Part shown: piece by piece, positions 22,266 to 35,200 of the stretch
How positions within the stretch are numbered: the stretch's first letter is position 1
How the letters are laid out: each line of letters begins with the position of its first letter
From: Bugula neritina
Lineage: Eukaryota; Animalia; Bryozoa
Direction of reading: 5' to 3'
Length of the DNA stretch: 64,000 bases
Assembly (NCBI GenBank): GCA_964035545.1
Contig: OZ037769.1
Coordinates: forward strand, 10,694,633-10,758,632
Made by a program: the position numbers and the translations under genes
Notes under the pieces: model-generated
What the model saw: only the letters and a program-made list of their open reading frames with translations
Told to the model about the DNA's origin: nothing
The model's database searches: none

Positions 22266-24938
22266 ATGCCTAAGAGAACTGTCGTCCTAGGGTATGACAA
22301 TTCACATTTCTTTCATTTTTTTGAGCAACTTGCCTCAAGACTGGAGGATCATCAAACCACCGGGTATAGATAAGTATTTTTTGTATTTATAATTTTGTAA
22401 GCCTCACTCTCGCAGTATTATTTGTTTTAGCAAACTATCTACTTACTGTGGTTGACTTAATAATTCATCCTGTTACTGTCTTTAGTACTCAATTGTTAAT
22501 GTCTTAGTGGTTAGAGCATTTGCCTAGTTAGTGTCAAGTCTTGGAATCAAACACAGCAGAGTCATTGGTAATGTCAGGATGGGCTTTCAAACATATTGTT
22601 TCTGTGCTAGTATCAGAATCCTTCAATGTTGCTAGCATAGTAAAATGCAGAGTCCTTAGCCTGCTTAAGAAATTTTACTTGTAATTATTTTAAGCAAATT
22701 TATTATTTTAGAAACCAAATTTGTCACCTGATAGCTGCGCCCATATTAGGCATGGCTTTCTTTTCCCTGCTCAGCATAGTAGTCGGCTCTACATGCGCTG
22801 TGAGTGGCGTGGTTGTTCTCGTGCTTTGGTCTCTGATCAATGACATCTTTAGTGGAGTGAGTTTTTTTCTGATTTTTCTTCAGCATTCGTAGTTTTGATC
22901 CTAAAATAATTTTGGTGTACAATTATTTTGCCAGAAGCTTAAAAAATTGAATTTTTATGTAATAGACTTTGATTAAATATGTGCAGAATAGCGTAATACT
23001 TTTCGTTCAGCATGTGACTGCATATTGACAAAGTGAAATGGCATTGACATTCAGCGTTCGTCGTTACAACTGATGTTTTGCTGAAGTGTACTCAGGCCTG
23101 TAGTTTGAATAACAAAAACTAGGATTTGACATCAGAGCTGTGACCATGTAGTTTGAAAAACGTGATGACAGTTAATTTGTTGAGTTGTAGTCTGCATAAC
23201 AACTTAATAATAGCTTAAATAGAAGCTGTACAAATGACCAATTGCTAACACTTAAGGTATGAAACTGTGCAACTTATTCTGTAAAGTAAACAACTGCAGA
23301 TGACTGTTCTATAGTTGTTATAGTTACTATTATATTCCCAAGCAAGAGAATTCAACTTCAATTGTTTTAAATAATACTTATAACAATGAATGTTATTTTA
23401 TTTGCAGTTATGTTCTCACTGCTTTAATTTTTGGCCCTCCTTTAATGGTTTTTGTAGGTATAAGTTGTTTTTACTGTAAATATAACTAAGTATATTATGT
23501 AGGTAGGAGTTGTTCTCACTATAACTGTAAAGTATGTAGGTAGGAGTTGTTCTCACTATAACTGTAAAGTATGTAGGTAGGAGTTGTTCTCACTATAACT
23601 GTATGTCCTATAGGTAAGAGATTGGTTAACTGTAAATATGAACTTTATTTACTGGTAAGAATTGTTTCTTTTGCTGTGAGCCCTTAGCTTGGCAGATGGA
23701 ATTTGCCATGTAGTCTGTTGATATTATTGTAGGTGTTTTATACCTTGTACAGTATAGCTGGTACAGTCTTACAACTTAACTATGGATTTGGTCCTCAGAC
23801 GTTAACCTCCATCCTCCTTCTCTCTCTTCTTGCCATTTTCATACAATTGGGTGTTGGCCATGGTTTCTTTGAGAAGAGACCCCCAAATGGTAATATTAAA
23901 TTTGTAATACATTGGGGTTATATATGAACTTTGTGCAGTATTAGCCACTAGGTGTATTTGTGGCCATGAGCAATTAACAATGTAATTAGATGTTACATGT
24001 GCCCTGCTTCACATAGTACTGCTCTTTGATAAGAATAATTGTATAAAATAATTTGAGATGCGTATTACTAAATACATTTACTTCTTGTTTGAGGTTTTAA
24101 GTATAAAAGGTACAGAAAACTAAATAGTTTATACTTATGTATTTTTGGTAACTATATGCTTGTTTCAGACTTATATGATGCTAAACACTAGCTACATGCT
24201 AAACATTAGCTATATGCTACACACTAGCTATATGCTATACACTAGCTATATGCTAAACACTAGCTACATGCTAAACACTAGCTTTATGCTATACACTAGC
24301 TATATGCTATACACTAGCTACATGCTAAACACTAGCCACATGCTAAACACCAGCTACATGCTAAACATTAGCCACATGCTAAACATTAGCTACATGCTAA
24401 ACACTAGCTACATGCTAAACATTAGCTAATTTTTGGTTTTGGAAGGTTTGGCTGATGTATGCCTTCTCATGTTAACAAAATAATGATGGGTTGTTAGAAA
24501 CCATAGTAACTGTTACATATTATACACTTCACTGTGTAAATTAGCATCAGTAAACTAGAACTTTGTTATTGTTCTTGGTGTGCTTTATGGGTTGTAAATT
24601 AGTAATAAATACATAGTCTGTTCATAGAAGCATATTGCCCTAAAGCATATGGTGTAGCTGTACACTAACTCATACCATGTGCAAACTGAAACTATATTCA
24701 CAAATTTATTGAGTTTTAACCATAAATTATATGATGATATTATGTTTTCTCAGAACTTGATGGGGTAGTGAAAGGGGAAGGGAAGTTATTCGCAATATTA
24801 GACCTTCTATGTGAACTAATTCCTGCAACATTTCACTTCTATACAATTCTGTTCATGAGACTCGGCTTTCGACCTGATCTAGACGAGCTAGTGCAAGCAG
24901 AATTATACAGAATACAAAATATTATATCAAAACGATAA
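22266..24938 (+). CDS. MPO1: MPO1/YGL010W-like (DUF962) membrane protein, putative 2-hydroxy fatty acid dioxygenase, 194 aa, complete
   Basis: Exons 22266-22363, 22712-22856, 23733-23889, 24754-24938 (585 nt, intron phases 2,0,1, all GT-AG). The product has EQLASRLEDHQTTGNQICHLIAAPIL (family H-x4-N-x3-H-x4-P), several hydrophobic helices, FIQLGVGHGFFEKRPP (yeast Mpo1, from memory: FQFVGHGVFEKRRPA) and LFMRLGFRPDL (yeast LFKLGFMPRL). Confidence 0.8.
22501..22595 (+). mobile_element. Degenerate tRNA-derived SINE-like element, copy 1
   Basis: A-box-like TAGTGGTTAGAGCA head followed by a TTGGTAATGTCAGGATGGGC core; aligns colinearly with 44059-44172. Confidence 0.5.
23497..23603. repeat. 37-bp tandem repeat, about 3 copies
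   Basis: ATGTAGGTAGGAGTTGTTCTCACTATAACTGTAAAGT starting at 23497, 23534 and 23571. Confidence 0.9.
24178..24428. repeat. 18-bp minisatellite ATGCTAAACACTAGCTAC, about 14 copies
   Basis: Tandem units in intron 3 of the MPO1-like gene; source of the MLNTSY ORF. Confidence 0.93.
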
Positions 24939-26218
24939 TGTAGATATTCCGCATATTATGCTATTTTGATATAATAATATATGCAGAATTAAATATGATA
25001 ATATATTATGCATAATTGATTAAATATAATTTGTATTTTGGTCATTCCTCTTGATGTTGAGTAGCAGCAACCAGTTTAAGGAGCTTTTCAAATTTTGTGT
25101 GTTCCAATTTGACTCAGTTTTTTAGATTTATAAAACTTGAATTTTTTTTATAGATTATGTAACCTGGTTTATAATGTGTGACATATTTGCCGTATTAACA
25201 GATAATTATTTTTATTTGCATTGAGTTAAGCTTTGCTTACTTCAATAATATTTTGAATTTAATAAAGTTATATTTATTTACAAGCAAATTACATGATCAA
25301 ATGTATATTATATAAAAAACTATTGGATTGTTTGTGGAAAATGCACATTTTTATCTTTATACATAAGGTTTTCTAATCAAGTCTCGAGGAATGCTTTAAT
25401 ACCTATAAGTTTCAAAAGCAAAATGACATGCATTTTCTAATAAAATACTGTCAATAGATAAAGTGTGTAAATTTTACTCTGGTTCTCTAAAAAAACCACT
25501 TTTTAAAAAATAGTTATCAAGTGATTGTGACTTTTTCCCAAAATTTTAGCTGAATACTTTTTATTAGTCCCAGCTAACAGAGTATGTACTAATCAAGTAG
25601 TTTTGGTTACTAGTTGTTGATGATAAATGTGCTGAACATTCTAGACATTATGAATAATTTTTTTATATATATTTTTTGTGTAATTTAGTAAAAAACGGTT
25701 TTCAAATTTATATTCAAAAAATATTGTTATGCTCATTGAAATGACGAACTGCAATTAATCAATAACCTTTTATTTTGAGATGATTTCATCTAAACTTTAA
25801 ACAAAGTTTGTTTATTAATGTAACATACAGTTACTATTCTAATAACAAACGATCTTGCTTTATTTACATCAGTCATGTTTATCTTTCCATAGTACACACA
25901 TAAGAGAAGAAAATAATATAGAATGTAATACAACATAGAATGGTTTTATTGAAAAAATATATAAATTATATGTACAATAGTATGAATGTAAATTTAAGAG
26001 ATATTTGTAAATTAAACTCAAATCTTTTCGTGAAGTCTATTTCTAAACAACAGCATAATTTACAATGTCAATAAATATTGAAGCCTGAAATAATACATAT
26101 ATAATTTGGACGATAAAAATAAATAATTTAGTATACTAGCTTAGGAAATTCAAAGGTATCATCAATTGGTTTAATAATGCTTTAACTATAAATTGTATAA
26201 CATATCAATTTACCTACT

Positions 26219-29200
26219 TTATTGTACTGCACAGTTTCCATTCTTTGATTTCGTTTTTGAGTTTTGACGAGATAGTTGGCGCGGGGTTACAATGGTCTCT
26301 GAGTTACGTCTGACCAGTAATGGTAATGATTTTGTGCTAGAGCTACTTCTTGAAATTGGAGTGAATGGTTTGCTAGAAGATGAAAAATTTCTACTGTAGT
26401 CAATTCGCATCCCCTTAGACCGTATGACCTCGGCTTCGTAGTCATCATCACTGTCGTCTGTGGAGCTGCAGCTACTGCAGTCATCCTCGTGAAGAATGTC
26501 TATCCAGGTTGGTTTCTCATCCAAAGGTTCTGCTCGGCGACATCTTGCACCACGGACTCTCCTGTGTTTATGAGTAGAGGTTTGATCAGATTCGGGGATT
26601 TGCTGAAGACTTGTGGGTAAAGAGCCACGTCGTAGACCACGGTAAGAGTTAATAGGATTCATTCTAGTGTTGTCCAGCTTCAGCTGCTGATTGGCCTTTT
26701 CAACTTCACTGAGTTGTGAGAAAGTCACTGATTTGTGCATGCGTGGTCGTGAGCACTGGTCATTCGCTTCACTCATACTCTTGCCTGATGGAGATCTATG
26801 GAGGAGCTTAGTCTGAGAAGAATCACTCTCACTGCAGTCTGACTGCTTCTCAATCATCTCCTGTAGAGACTCCCTCAACGAGATCACCTGATTCTGGAGA
26901 GAGCCATACCCTTCACTAGTGTCAGTGTTGCTTTTATACGTGTCGTTTGGGTTGTGCACTGGCCACAAATCATCCAGGTGTTTAGTGAGACTTCGCTGTA
27001 AACTTCCTGTCTGGTGCACCTCAACTTGTGTCCAGGGCTCATTGTCTTTCACATCGTTACTCGTTTGCTTAGATGAGATCGTAGAGCTGTTAGCTTCGGA
27101 CATTCCTCTACTGCATTCAATAGAACAATAAGTCACTCCATTTTTGGGTAAAAATGGTAGGCCTAGCAATGCCTTGCAACAGGCATAACACTTGAAGCAT
27201 TGATCATTGGCGTGCCAGTGTTGGCCGTTGTGAGTCATCTGCCCCTGATCAACACCGATCTGTTGGCAGCAAGTGTCACAGAACTCAGCAAAGCACCTTT
27301 CGAAGCATTGGCAGCAGTAAGGCTTGTCATCCTTCATGACATACCGCTGACCTCCCAGCTGCTGGTCACAGTCAAAGCATGCAAAGTGATGCATATGCCA
27401 AAACCTATCCTCCGCTTCAGTGCATTCATTTGCAAATATGATCTAAAATATGAATAAATACAAGGTAAATGTTGATTGTCATATAAGTAAAATGTTATGA
27501 ATATAAAGTCAGTAAAAGCTGAATTAGAAGCACATTATTGCTCATTCTTGTGAGAAAAATGAAATTCTCTCATATGTTCTACAATAGTTACTGTGAGACA
27601 AAAACTTAACATATAAAATCAGTGTTGGTTAACATTGTTTAATTTGGTGTTCAAAGATTTTATTTGACTGCAGCCGGGTACATTCTGGTGGTATCTGCCA
27701 TGTGCATCTAAGAATTATTGAGAACAATTGAGTTATCGGAAGTACGTTAACTGAAATGGCTTGTCTCTCCAATTAAGGGATTGGTGCTATTGTTGGTCCA
27801 TTATTACAAATTCTTCAATATTGAAAGAGTGTTCATAGCTTTATTAATATAGGAATTCTTGTAACTACTATGCATAATGCTCACAGCTGTTTCACGTCTG
27901 TCTGGCTGTCTGATGTGGAAAAAATTAATTTAGTAAAAAATTTGTCATGAATTTTAGACAGTGAGTTACAAGAACTTACTGCATATCAGAAGCCTGTGTT
28001 GACAAACTGTCATGCCAGTTGCACTATGTAAACTAATTTATATCTAATTAATAATCTATTATCAATAAGTATAAAACTGTATTAGAAAAATTGACAGGAG
28101 TTACTGATGTATTAGAAGTTCTGTTTCTGGCAACAAAGTCAGCATTACATCACATAAGAGTTACTCAACACACTACTTCTATCAGTATGTGACATGTCAC
28201 TGCTCTCACCTCGTCACAGGCTGCGCATCTCGGTTTGTGCAGCTCAGCAAAATGTCTGCCGCAGTAAATGGATCCATCTTTGTGAAAATAAACCAAGTCA
28301 ATCAGATTTTCCTGACACTCTCGGCACGCGAAACAAGATGGATGCCACAGGTCTACAGAGTTTACCCTCGGAGCAAACACTGCAATGTCTCCCCCTTTTA
28401 CTGCTTGATTACACTGCAAATCATTTTATATCATGTTAGCTGTCTATAAAGATTTAAGTTTAGTATTCAACTCTAAAACCAAGTTTGAAATTGTAGTCAT
28501 TAATGAAATTTAGGTCAAATATGTTTTGTACTGAAACTTTGAGTTCAAAATTTTTAAAGTGGATATAATTAGCTGCATTAATAAATTAACTTGCTTACAA
28601 AGATTTGAGTTTTCAGCTTACAGCGGAATTGATTATATTTGAGGGTAATTTATCTCTTATTAGGTCCTGGATGTTGGCATAACGTAATTTACCCCTTATT
28701 AGACTATGATAATATGTACCTTTATAGAAATACTTCTAGGTCCATACCTTAGCACAGTTAGATTCTTGAATGGTGACAGGTAAGGGACGAACACTGGCAC
28801 GACCCATAGCTTGTTTTTTCTTAAGTGCATTAAAGTTGCTAAGTTCCACTTTTTCCTCACTACTCAGTTCATGACAATATCTGCTGTCTGTATCTTGAGG
28901 CGGTAGTTGCAGTAGAAGTTGCCTTATCCTGTATTGCTCGCCAACACTGTTGATGTACGGCACTTTTGTTTCTGGCAAACAGCTGAAGTATTGATGGACC
29001 TAAAAAATTAACATTTCTTTAATAGCTATTCATTTTGTTATATAAATTTTGCCGGCATACACCTGTTTAGTTGACATTGAAAATTTGCCGTTGGGAGACT
29101 TTGAACCTGTGGGAATTTAAATTATATATTCAATTGATGATTACATTATTTAAAACCATGTCATCTAGAAAAAGGAGCTTGTAAATACATGTCATTTTGA

Positions 29201-32200
29201 TGAACAACTTTAAGCTGCTATGCCTCCTATGTCAGCTTTACATTAAAAATTGATTGTATTGCTGCGGAGAGGCTGAAGTGAGTGCAGCTATTCAAGTTGA
29301 ATCATCATACAACTGTATATAATAGCATGTTGAATGACACCTGTGCTAGCTAAGTGACAGCTCATTCAATATGCGATGACAAAATATAAGATTTAGAGAC
29401 AAATAAAAGAAATCATGTAAATTAATTTAATTCTTTTATGCATGTCATTACTTTAACATAACAAAAGAAATACAATGATAACATATAGAAGACCAGTTTT
29501 ACTGGACTGTATATTAAACTCATAATATGTAGATTAAATTGAAATGCTATTTAATTAAAGGCATCTATTTGAGGAGAAACATGTGTAACTTGCTAATTAA
29601 AAATCTGACACGTTCCCAGCCGCCGAGCTTTATATGATACCCAAACTGCTCAGTGGTACTCTTTCTACGCTATATTTCTAAATTGAACTAAAAGTATTCG
29701 TAGCCACAAAAAATATGGGTGGCCAGGCTTATCCACCAACCAAAAATGTTGTTGAAATTTTGACTAAGCAAATAATCAACCTTAACACCCTATCCTAATA
29801 TTTTGGAAAATGTAATTGGTAAACACAGCTTTATCTATTGCTATGTTAAATTTTTCTAATCAAATATTTTTACTGCATTTAAGCAGAGCAATATAGAATG
29901 TCACAAAGTTGAGTCTACGCTATGCACACATAGATAACATTTCAACAACTTGTTTGCTTGCAGTAAATGACAAGTAGGTTATCTAGTTTGCACCTGACGG
30001 GGCTGACACTTTTGGTGGCCACAACCCAGTGGGATGAACACACTGGCAGTGGCACTCAGTGTAAACTGGCATTCAAGATCTACACAGGAGAGCCATTGCC
30101 ACCACCTGTAACCAAATACCTTCTTGAAAACCTACAGCCCTAATTATTTCCCAGAATTCTTTCTACAAACCATCTGATTTGGTCAACTCAATATTTGATC
30201 ATAGCAATGTTATACTACTGCTATAACTGGGTATAGATTGGGGTTTACTCTGTACTTTGTACTGTATATATAAACATATAGCCATTCATGGATATATTGA
30301 ACAAAAGCCCAGTGTCTGCCCTAACAACACTCACTCTCTTCCAAACTGCTTTCAATTAGCAATAAAAATCTAAAACAATGCTTGATCATGCAATGAATTA
30401 ATTGGTTAGGCCCATCCTGGTTTTGTTTAGAATAAAACAATAGCAGTTTCGTTAGTTTTGCTAGTCTATCATATTTGTGCAATTAGACCGTTCTTGGCTA
30501 GCGATTTAATTAACAAAATGACTGCTCAGCAGAGAATATTAATATTTGTGTAGTCTGAAGCGATATTTCAATAGTAACTGGCATCAGTCTGTATTGAGAG
30601 TGATCATTCTGACTAAACAATTACAAATGTCTACCAAGCATATTACAAACAGACAATTGAGACTGTACTTTGATTTTTGGTATTAACTCATTTATAATCC
30701 ATCATTAATATAATTTAGCAAAGCCTTTAGTCCAACACTAAGTTTGCTCTTGTGTCATTGTGATCAGAATTGATTTTATGGTGATTCGGTTTAGTGTGTT
30801 ATACACTGTTTTATTAAAACTTATAGCCTTAGTTCTATTAATAAAAGCAAGGGTTGAGGTTCTCCCTCCCCTCGTATCAGTATTTCACTTTATAGCCATT
30901 CATAGCAATGCATGCACAATTTGAAAGAGTTACATTTGCACTGAGTTACCTTGAAATTCATAATTCATTAGACGGAATAGGCCCCCAATGACCCTGGGCT
31001 ATGTGTGAGCAGCATACCTGATGCATATTTCAGCTTGTAGAGAATGAAATGAAGTAGATTAGAATGGTCGGACAGCCGCACAAGCTAGTAGACATGTTAC
31101 AGGGCCTACCTGTTTGCTGTTAAACTAAACAGTTATACAAATGGTATTCTGGCACATCAAACATAAAGATGGACATAAAAGTATAAATATAAATAAAGAT
31201 ATAAGGTGTATGTCTTGTAATAACAGTACATATCCCACATACAGCCTTATACCTGTATTTTAATGAAAGTTTTAAGGCCATTGAAAATTATGGAGAAAAC
31301 TCCTGTGTGATTTTATCCCTTGTGTTACAAGCTACATGTAATGCATGCAACTAATATTATTAGCAATTTATTGAAGTTAAAGTGATGTGATGAATATTTT
31401 CTAGAACTATTTACTATCAATTTTTTTTAGACACTAGAGGTTACCGAGAGAGAACTATTGAGTAAAATATTTCAAAGAAGCAGTTCATTGGGATTATTCA
31501 TGTTGTTGAAGCCTTTCTGTAGCCAACAATTGAATTAGCCACAAACTCTGAACTTAAAACATTACAACATGCAAGTCGAGATTTCTTGCGGTATTTCATC
31601 TTAAAAACCTACTCTACAAGTTTGTTGAACACGCGAATCTTAGGAGGAAGTGACTCATTAAGTTCCGTAGCCGAACTCTCGAGATACTAGCGGCTATCAC
31701 TCCATAAATAGCATCAACTCAAGTAGTACAATAGTCTGATAAGTTTGTACCAACACGTGTGCAATTTTACTATCTTTATTTTGCCAACATTGTAGACTAG
31801 CAACTATCAAACTACACAATGCATCTTCCATGTTCCATTTCAATTCAAGGCGCCTAATTGCTCCTGTATGAGTGTTATGCACACATACCTCAAGTTTTAT
31901 CAAAATCACAAGTTTATGCAAGAGTAGAGTACTGTTGGCTGTGATTATCGAAAAGTTATCAACGTATCAGTTATCAATATGCCTACTATTTGTGTAAGTT
32001 GCACATACAATTATATAAGGTCTGCCTTACAAAGCCACAGCAAAGATGGCAGCCTAGCTTTCCAGTATTCTAGACTCAAGCTTCTCAAGTTCGGTGGTCT
32101 GCTAACCCTAATGGTGCTGCCTAGTCTGTGATATAAGGCTGCTGCTGCTGCAGAAGAGAGTGGTCTGCCCCACCTGCCCATCATTCCATGCAATACAGAA

Positions 32201-35200
32201 TCATGGCTATCTGCATTAGTCATCAGCAAAACTGATTTGAGCAAAATATGTCATGTATTCTGGAAGATTCAACTAATGGAGTTTCATTGTGCAACTTTAT
32301 TGATAATTGTGCCTCAGGGCTTGTAATGCTACCTCTCTTTGGCATGGAGACCAGCAAAAGTGTGTTTTGTGTTGTTTCTTGCATTCAGCTCTTCAAGTTA
32401 GATCATTGTGACTAACGCAGCAAATGTTTATATTGACATCTGAGCAGCAAATATTTTTAAAAATGCCTGTGACATGTACATGAGTTGCAAATAAAGACTG
32501 GCTTTGGGAATCACATTCTAATCAGCATGTAGTATATACAACGCCTTGTGCGTACTATGTTTCAAAACACAGCGGTTGGCTCAAAATCATTTTAACATCT
32601 ACTTTGTATATACAATGTTTGACTTTGTGTCAGGACATGTGAATGGAAACATGAGATTGCAGCTAAATGCCTATTGACTATGCTAATTGCAGTCCGTTTC
32701 CGATACATCGAAACTGACACTCATTGTCATGTGAGTAAAATAAAATCACCTGCCACAACCTGCTGCTCATTTACTAAAAATTAGTGAGTTTGTTTAAAAA
32801 TATAAGCTCCGTGTCAATAAGGAGAAGGCTGGGTTAGTGCAATGTCTCAAATGGTTTGTTTTAAACATTCCAAAGTTACGTGACAATTCCGTTTGATATG
32901 GATTGTGTTGGCGAAACCGTATGCCAAATATTTGGAATTTACGTGCATGAATAGAGTGTATTGATTGTGAAATACTTGGGGCAGAGATAGGCACAGGACA
33001 TTGTAGATGCTAGGGTGTAATTAGACTCTATCAATTGCATACACTCAGCCATTCTCCATGGAGATGTCCTGTAAGCTATTGAACTGTATTTTGGCTATCA
33101 TAACAGTCGGCTACATTTTGGCGACTCGGCACTATTTATAAAATACAATTGATAAAAAGTCGTGTATTATCAAACATAACTCAATTCATTGTGTTACTCA
33201 TGCTAATTAGTAATGTGACTATTTCTGTGCACCAAAACAAACAAACATTGAAGCTGATGTTGTTTAAACTTGCTAAGTAAAGCCTGTTTAGGCTGATAGT
33301 GTCTGCACTCGCATCACCTCACTTTTATTTTATCAGTTATCTTCTTTTTTTATTGATTTCATTATTTTGATATTGGCAATCAAGGAAATTTACAGGTACC
33401 AATATTTAGTGTTGGCAGTCCTCTGTAGATTTTTTGTGAAAACAAAATTACAGGTGTAACTTTTTAATGTACCTGCATATTATCAAAACTACTTTTTAAA
33501 CTTTAGCAACATCAGTACTATTACCACTGCTCTTCTTAATTTATAATTTATAATTAATTTTCAATTAATAATTAATCTTCATTTATAAATTATAAAACAA
33601 TTATCAATTATTTCTTTTGTTAGTTTTATACAACAATTTCTTTATTCTTACCTGTTCGGCTTTCAGTCCTGGTGGGATCCAAGCATACTCCTCCAAGGCA
33701 CAGCCACTATCATTATCTGATGCCGAGCCACATTGTCTCTGGAAGTCGCTCACTAGTTTGTTCATAGACTCATCAGTAATCTCATGAGCTTCAAAGGGAC
33801 AGCGGCAGCGTTGGCAAACCTTTCTGCAACATCCAAAAACAACTTGTTGAATTTTATAGAGCATATTATACAGTTGTGTTTTCCAGAATAAACAAAGCCA
33901 AAAAACCAACAAATGACACCAAATTGTCTTGTACATGTTACAATGTCAGCATACCATAATTACAATAGCATATAGATTCAGGTCTAGTGTACAGCATTTA
34001 CTTCTTAATTGTCAAGAGCTTTAATTGTTACAAAATATGGTGCAAGAAACAGTACCCTTTTCTACAACTTTCCAATGCTGTGTAGTAATCATTCCCAGTT
34101 TGAACTTATACATGGAAGGTTGAACTTACATGAAATTGAAAACTATCCTTATTTAGTTTACCTTAAATGCATGAAATCTTAACTTTACATGAAGACACAT
34201 GTGAAACATAGGCTCAGAGTGACTATAGTTTAAAAGTCAAACAATGAGATGGGTCTTTGAGAAGATATGATTGTATACAATCTCTCTGCATATACTCAAT
34301 TTAATAACAATTTCTGCTGCAATAAGCAACTAAAAGTTTAATCTATCAAAACACAATAAAATTATGCAGCCAAGAGCGGGTTGCAGACAAATATATTAAG
34401 GATATCCATAACTCAATCTAAAAGTTGATGGCGAAGGAGTTGAATTACAACAATGAGCTAGCCCTATAAAGAACATCATTATGACGCCTCGGCCTTTTCT
34501 TTTTCACATCCAGGTAATCACAACACGCTGATGAAATTTGACTCCGAATATAGCAAAGCACTTGTTATTAAACTAAAGTAAGAGCTGGTGTTTTAAGAGA
34601 TGCTAATCAATATAACTCTAACTGATGATCAACATATAAACTGTCTTAGATAGGATAGAGTGTTCCTCTCTTCTTAGCTATTCAAATACTCTATGCTGAT
34701 ATAAGGATAAGCTCGCACAGCCAACTCAGCTTGTTAAATGATATTCTACACATACGTGCTGACAGTTGATGATATACCATCCAAGTAGTTCTTTCACCAG
34801 CTCAAGTATTTACATTGCAGTTATTATATAGATTTTATTTACTTATCAGGTAATGTGTGCAAGTAATGGGCCAGGGCCTGGCCTTTCCATCAAAACATCG
34901 GCTTACTGCTGCTGAAGCAGCTTGTAAACCAACTGTAGGCCCTATTAGTAGTTTGCTGTTGGAAAGTTAACCGGCTATAAGTTTTGTTTAGAGTGAGAGT
35001 GAAGGAAGTGGAGAATAATGCCTCTACCGAGAGAATACATACTTGTGTCACATGTGAATCAATATGTAATTCATCAATCCAAAGTTATGAACTAACTTTT
35101 GCAATCAGTTTTTGAGTTCCATGAGGTGAGAAATATGAAAATTTGCATAAAATGACACGCAGCTGACCGGAGCTGTAATTGAATTTTGATAATTTATTGG

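Noticed and set aside
24145-24429. MLNTSY-repeat ORF
   Set aside because: Translation of the 18-bp intronic minisatellite.
31697-32470. GC-richer stretch with short ORFs in a prickle intron (possible alternative exon or transposon relic)
   Set aside because: No recognisable domain, and I found no convincing in-phase splice donor.
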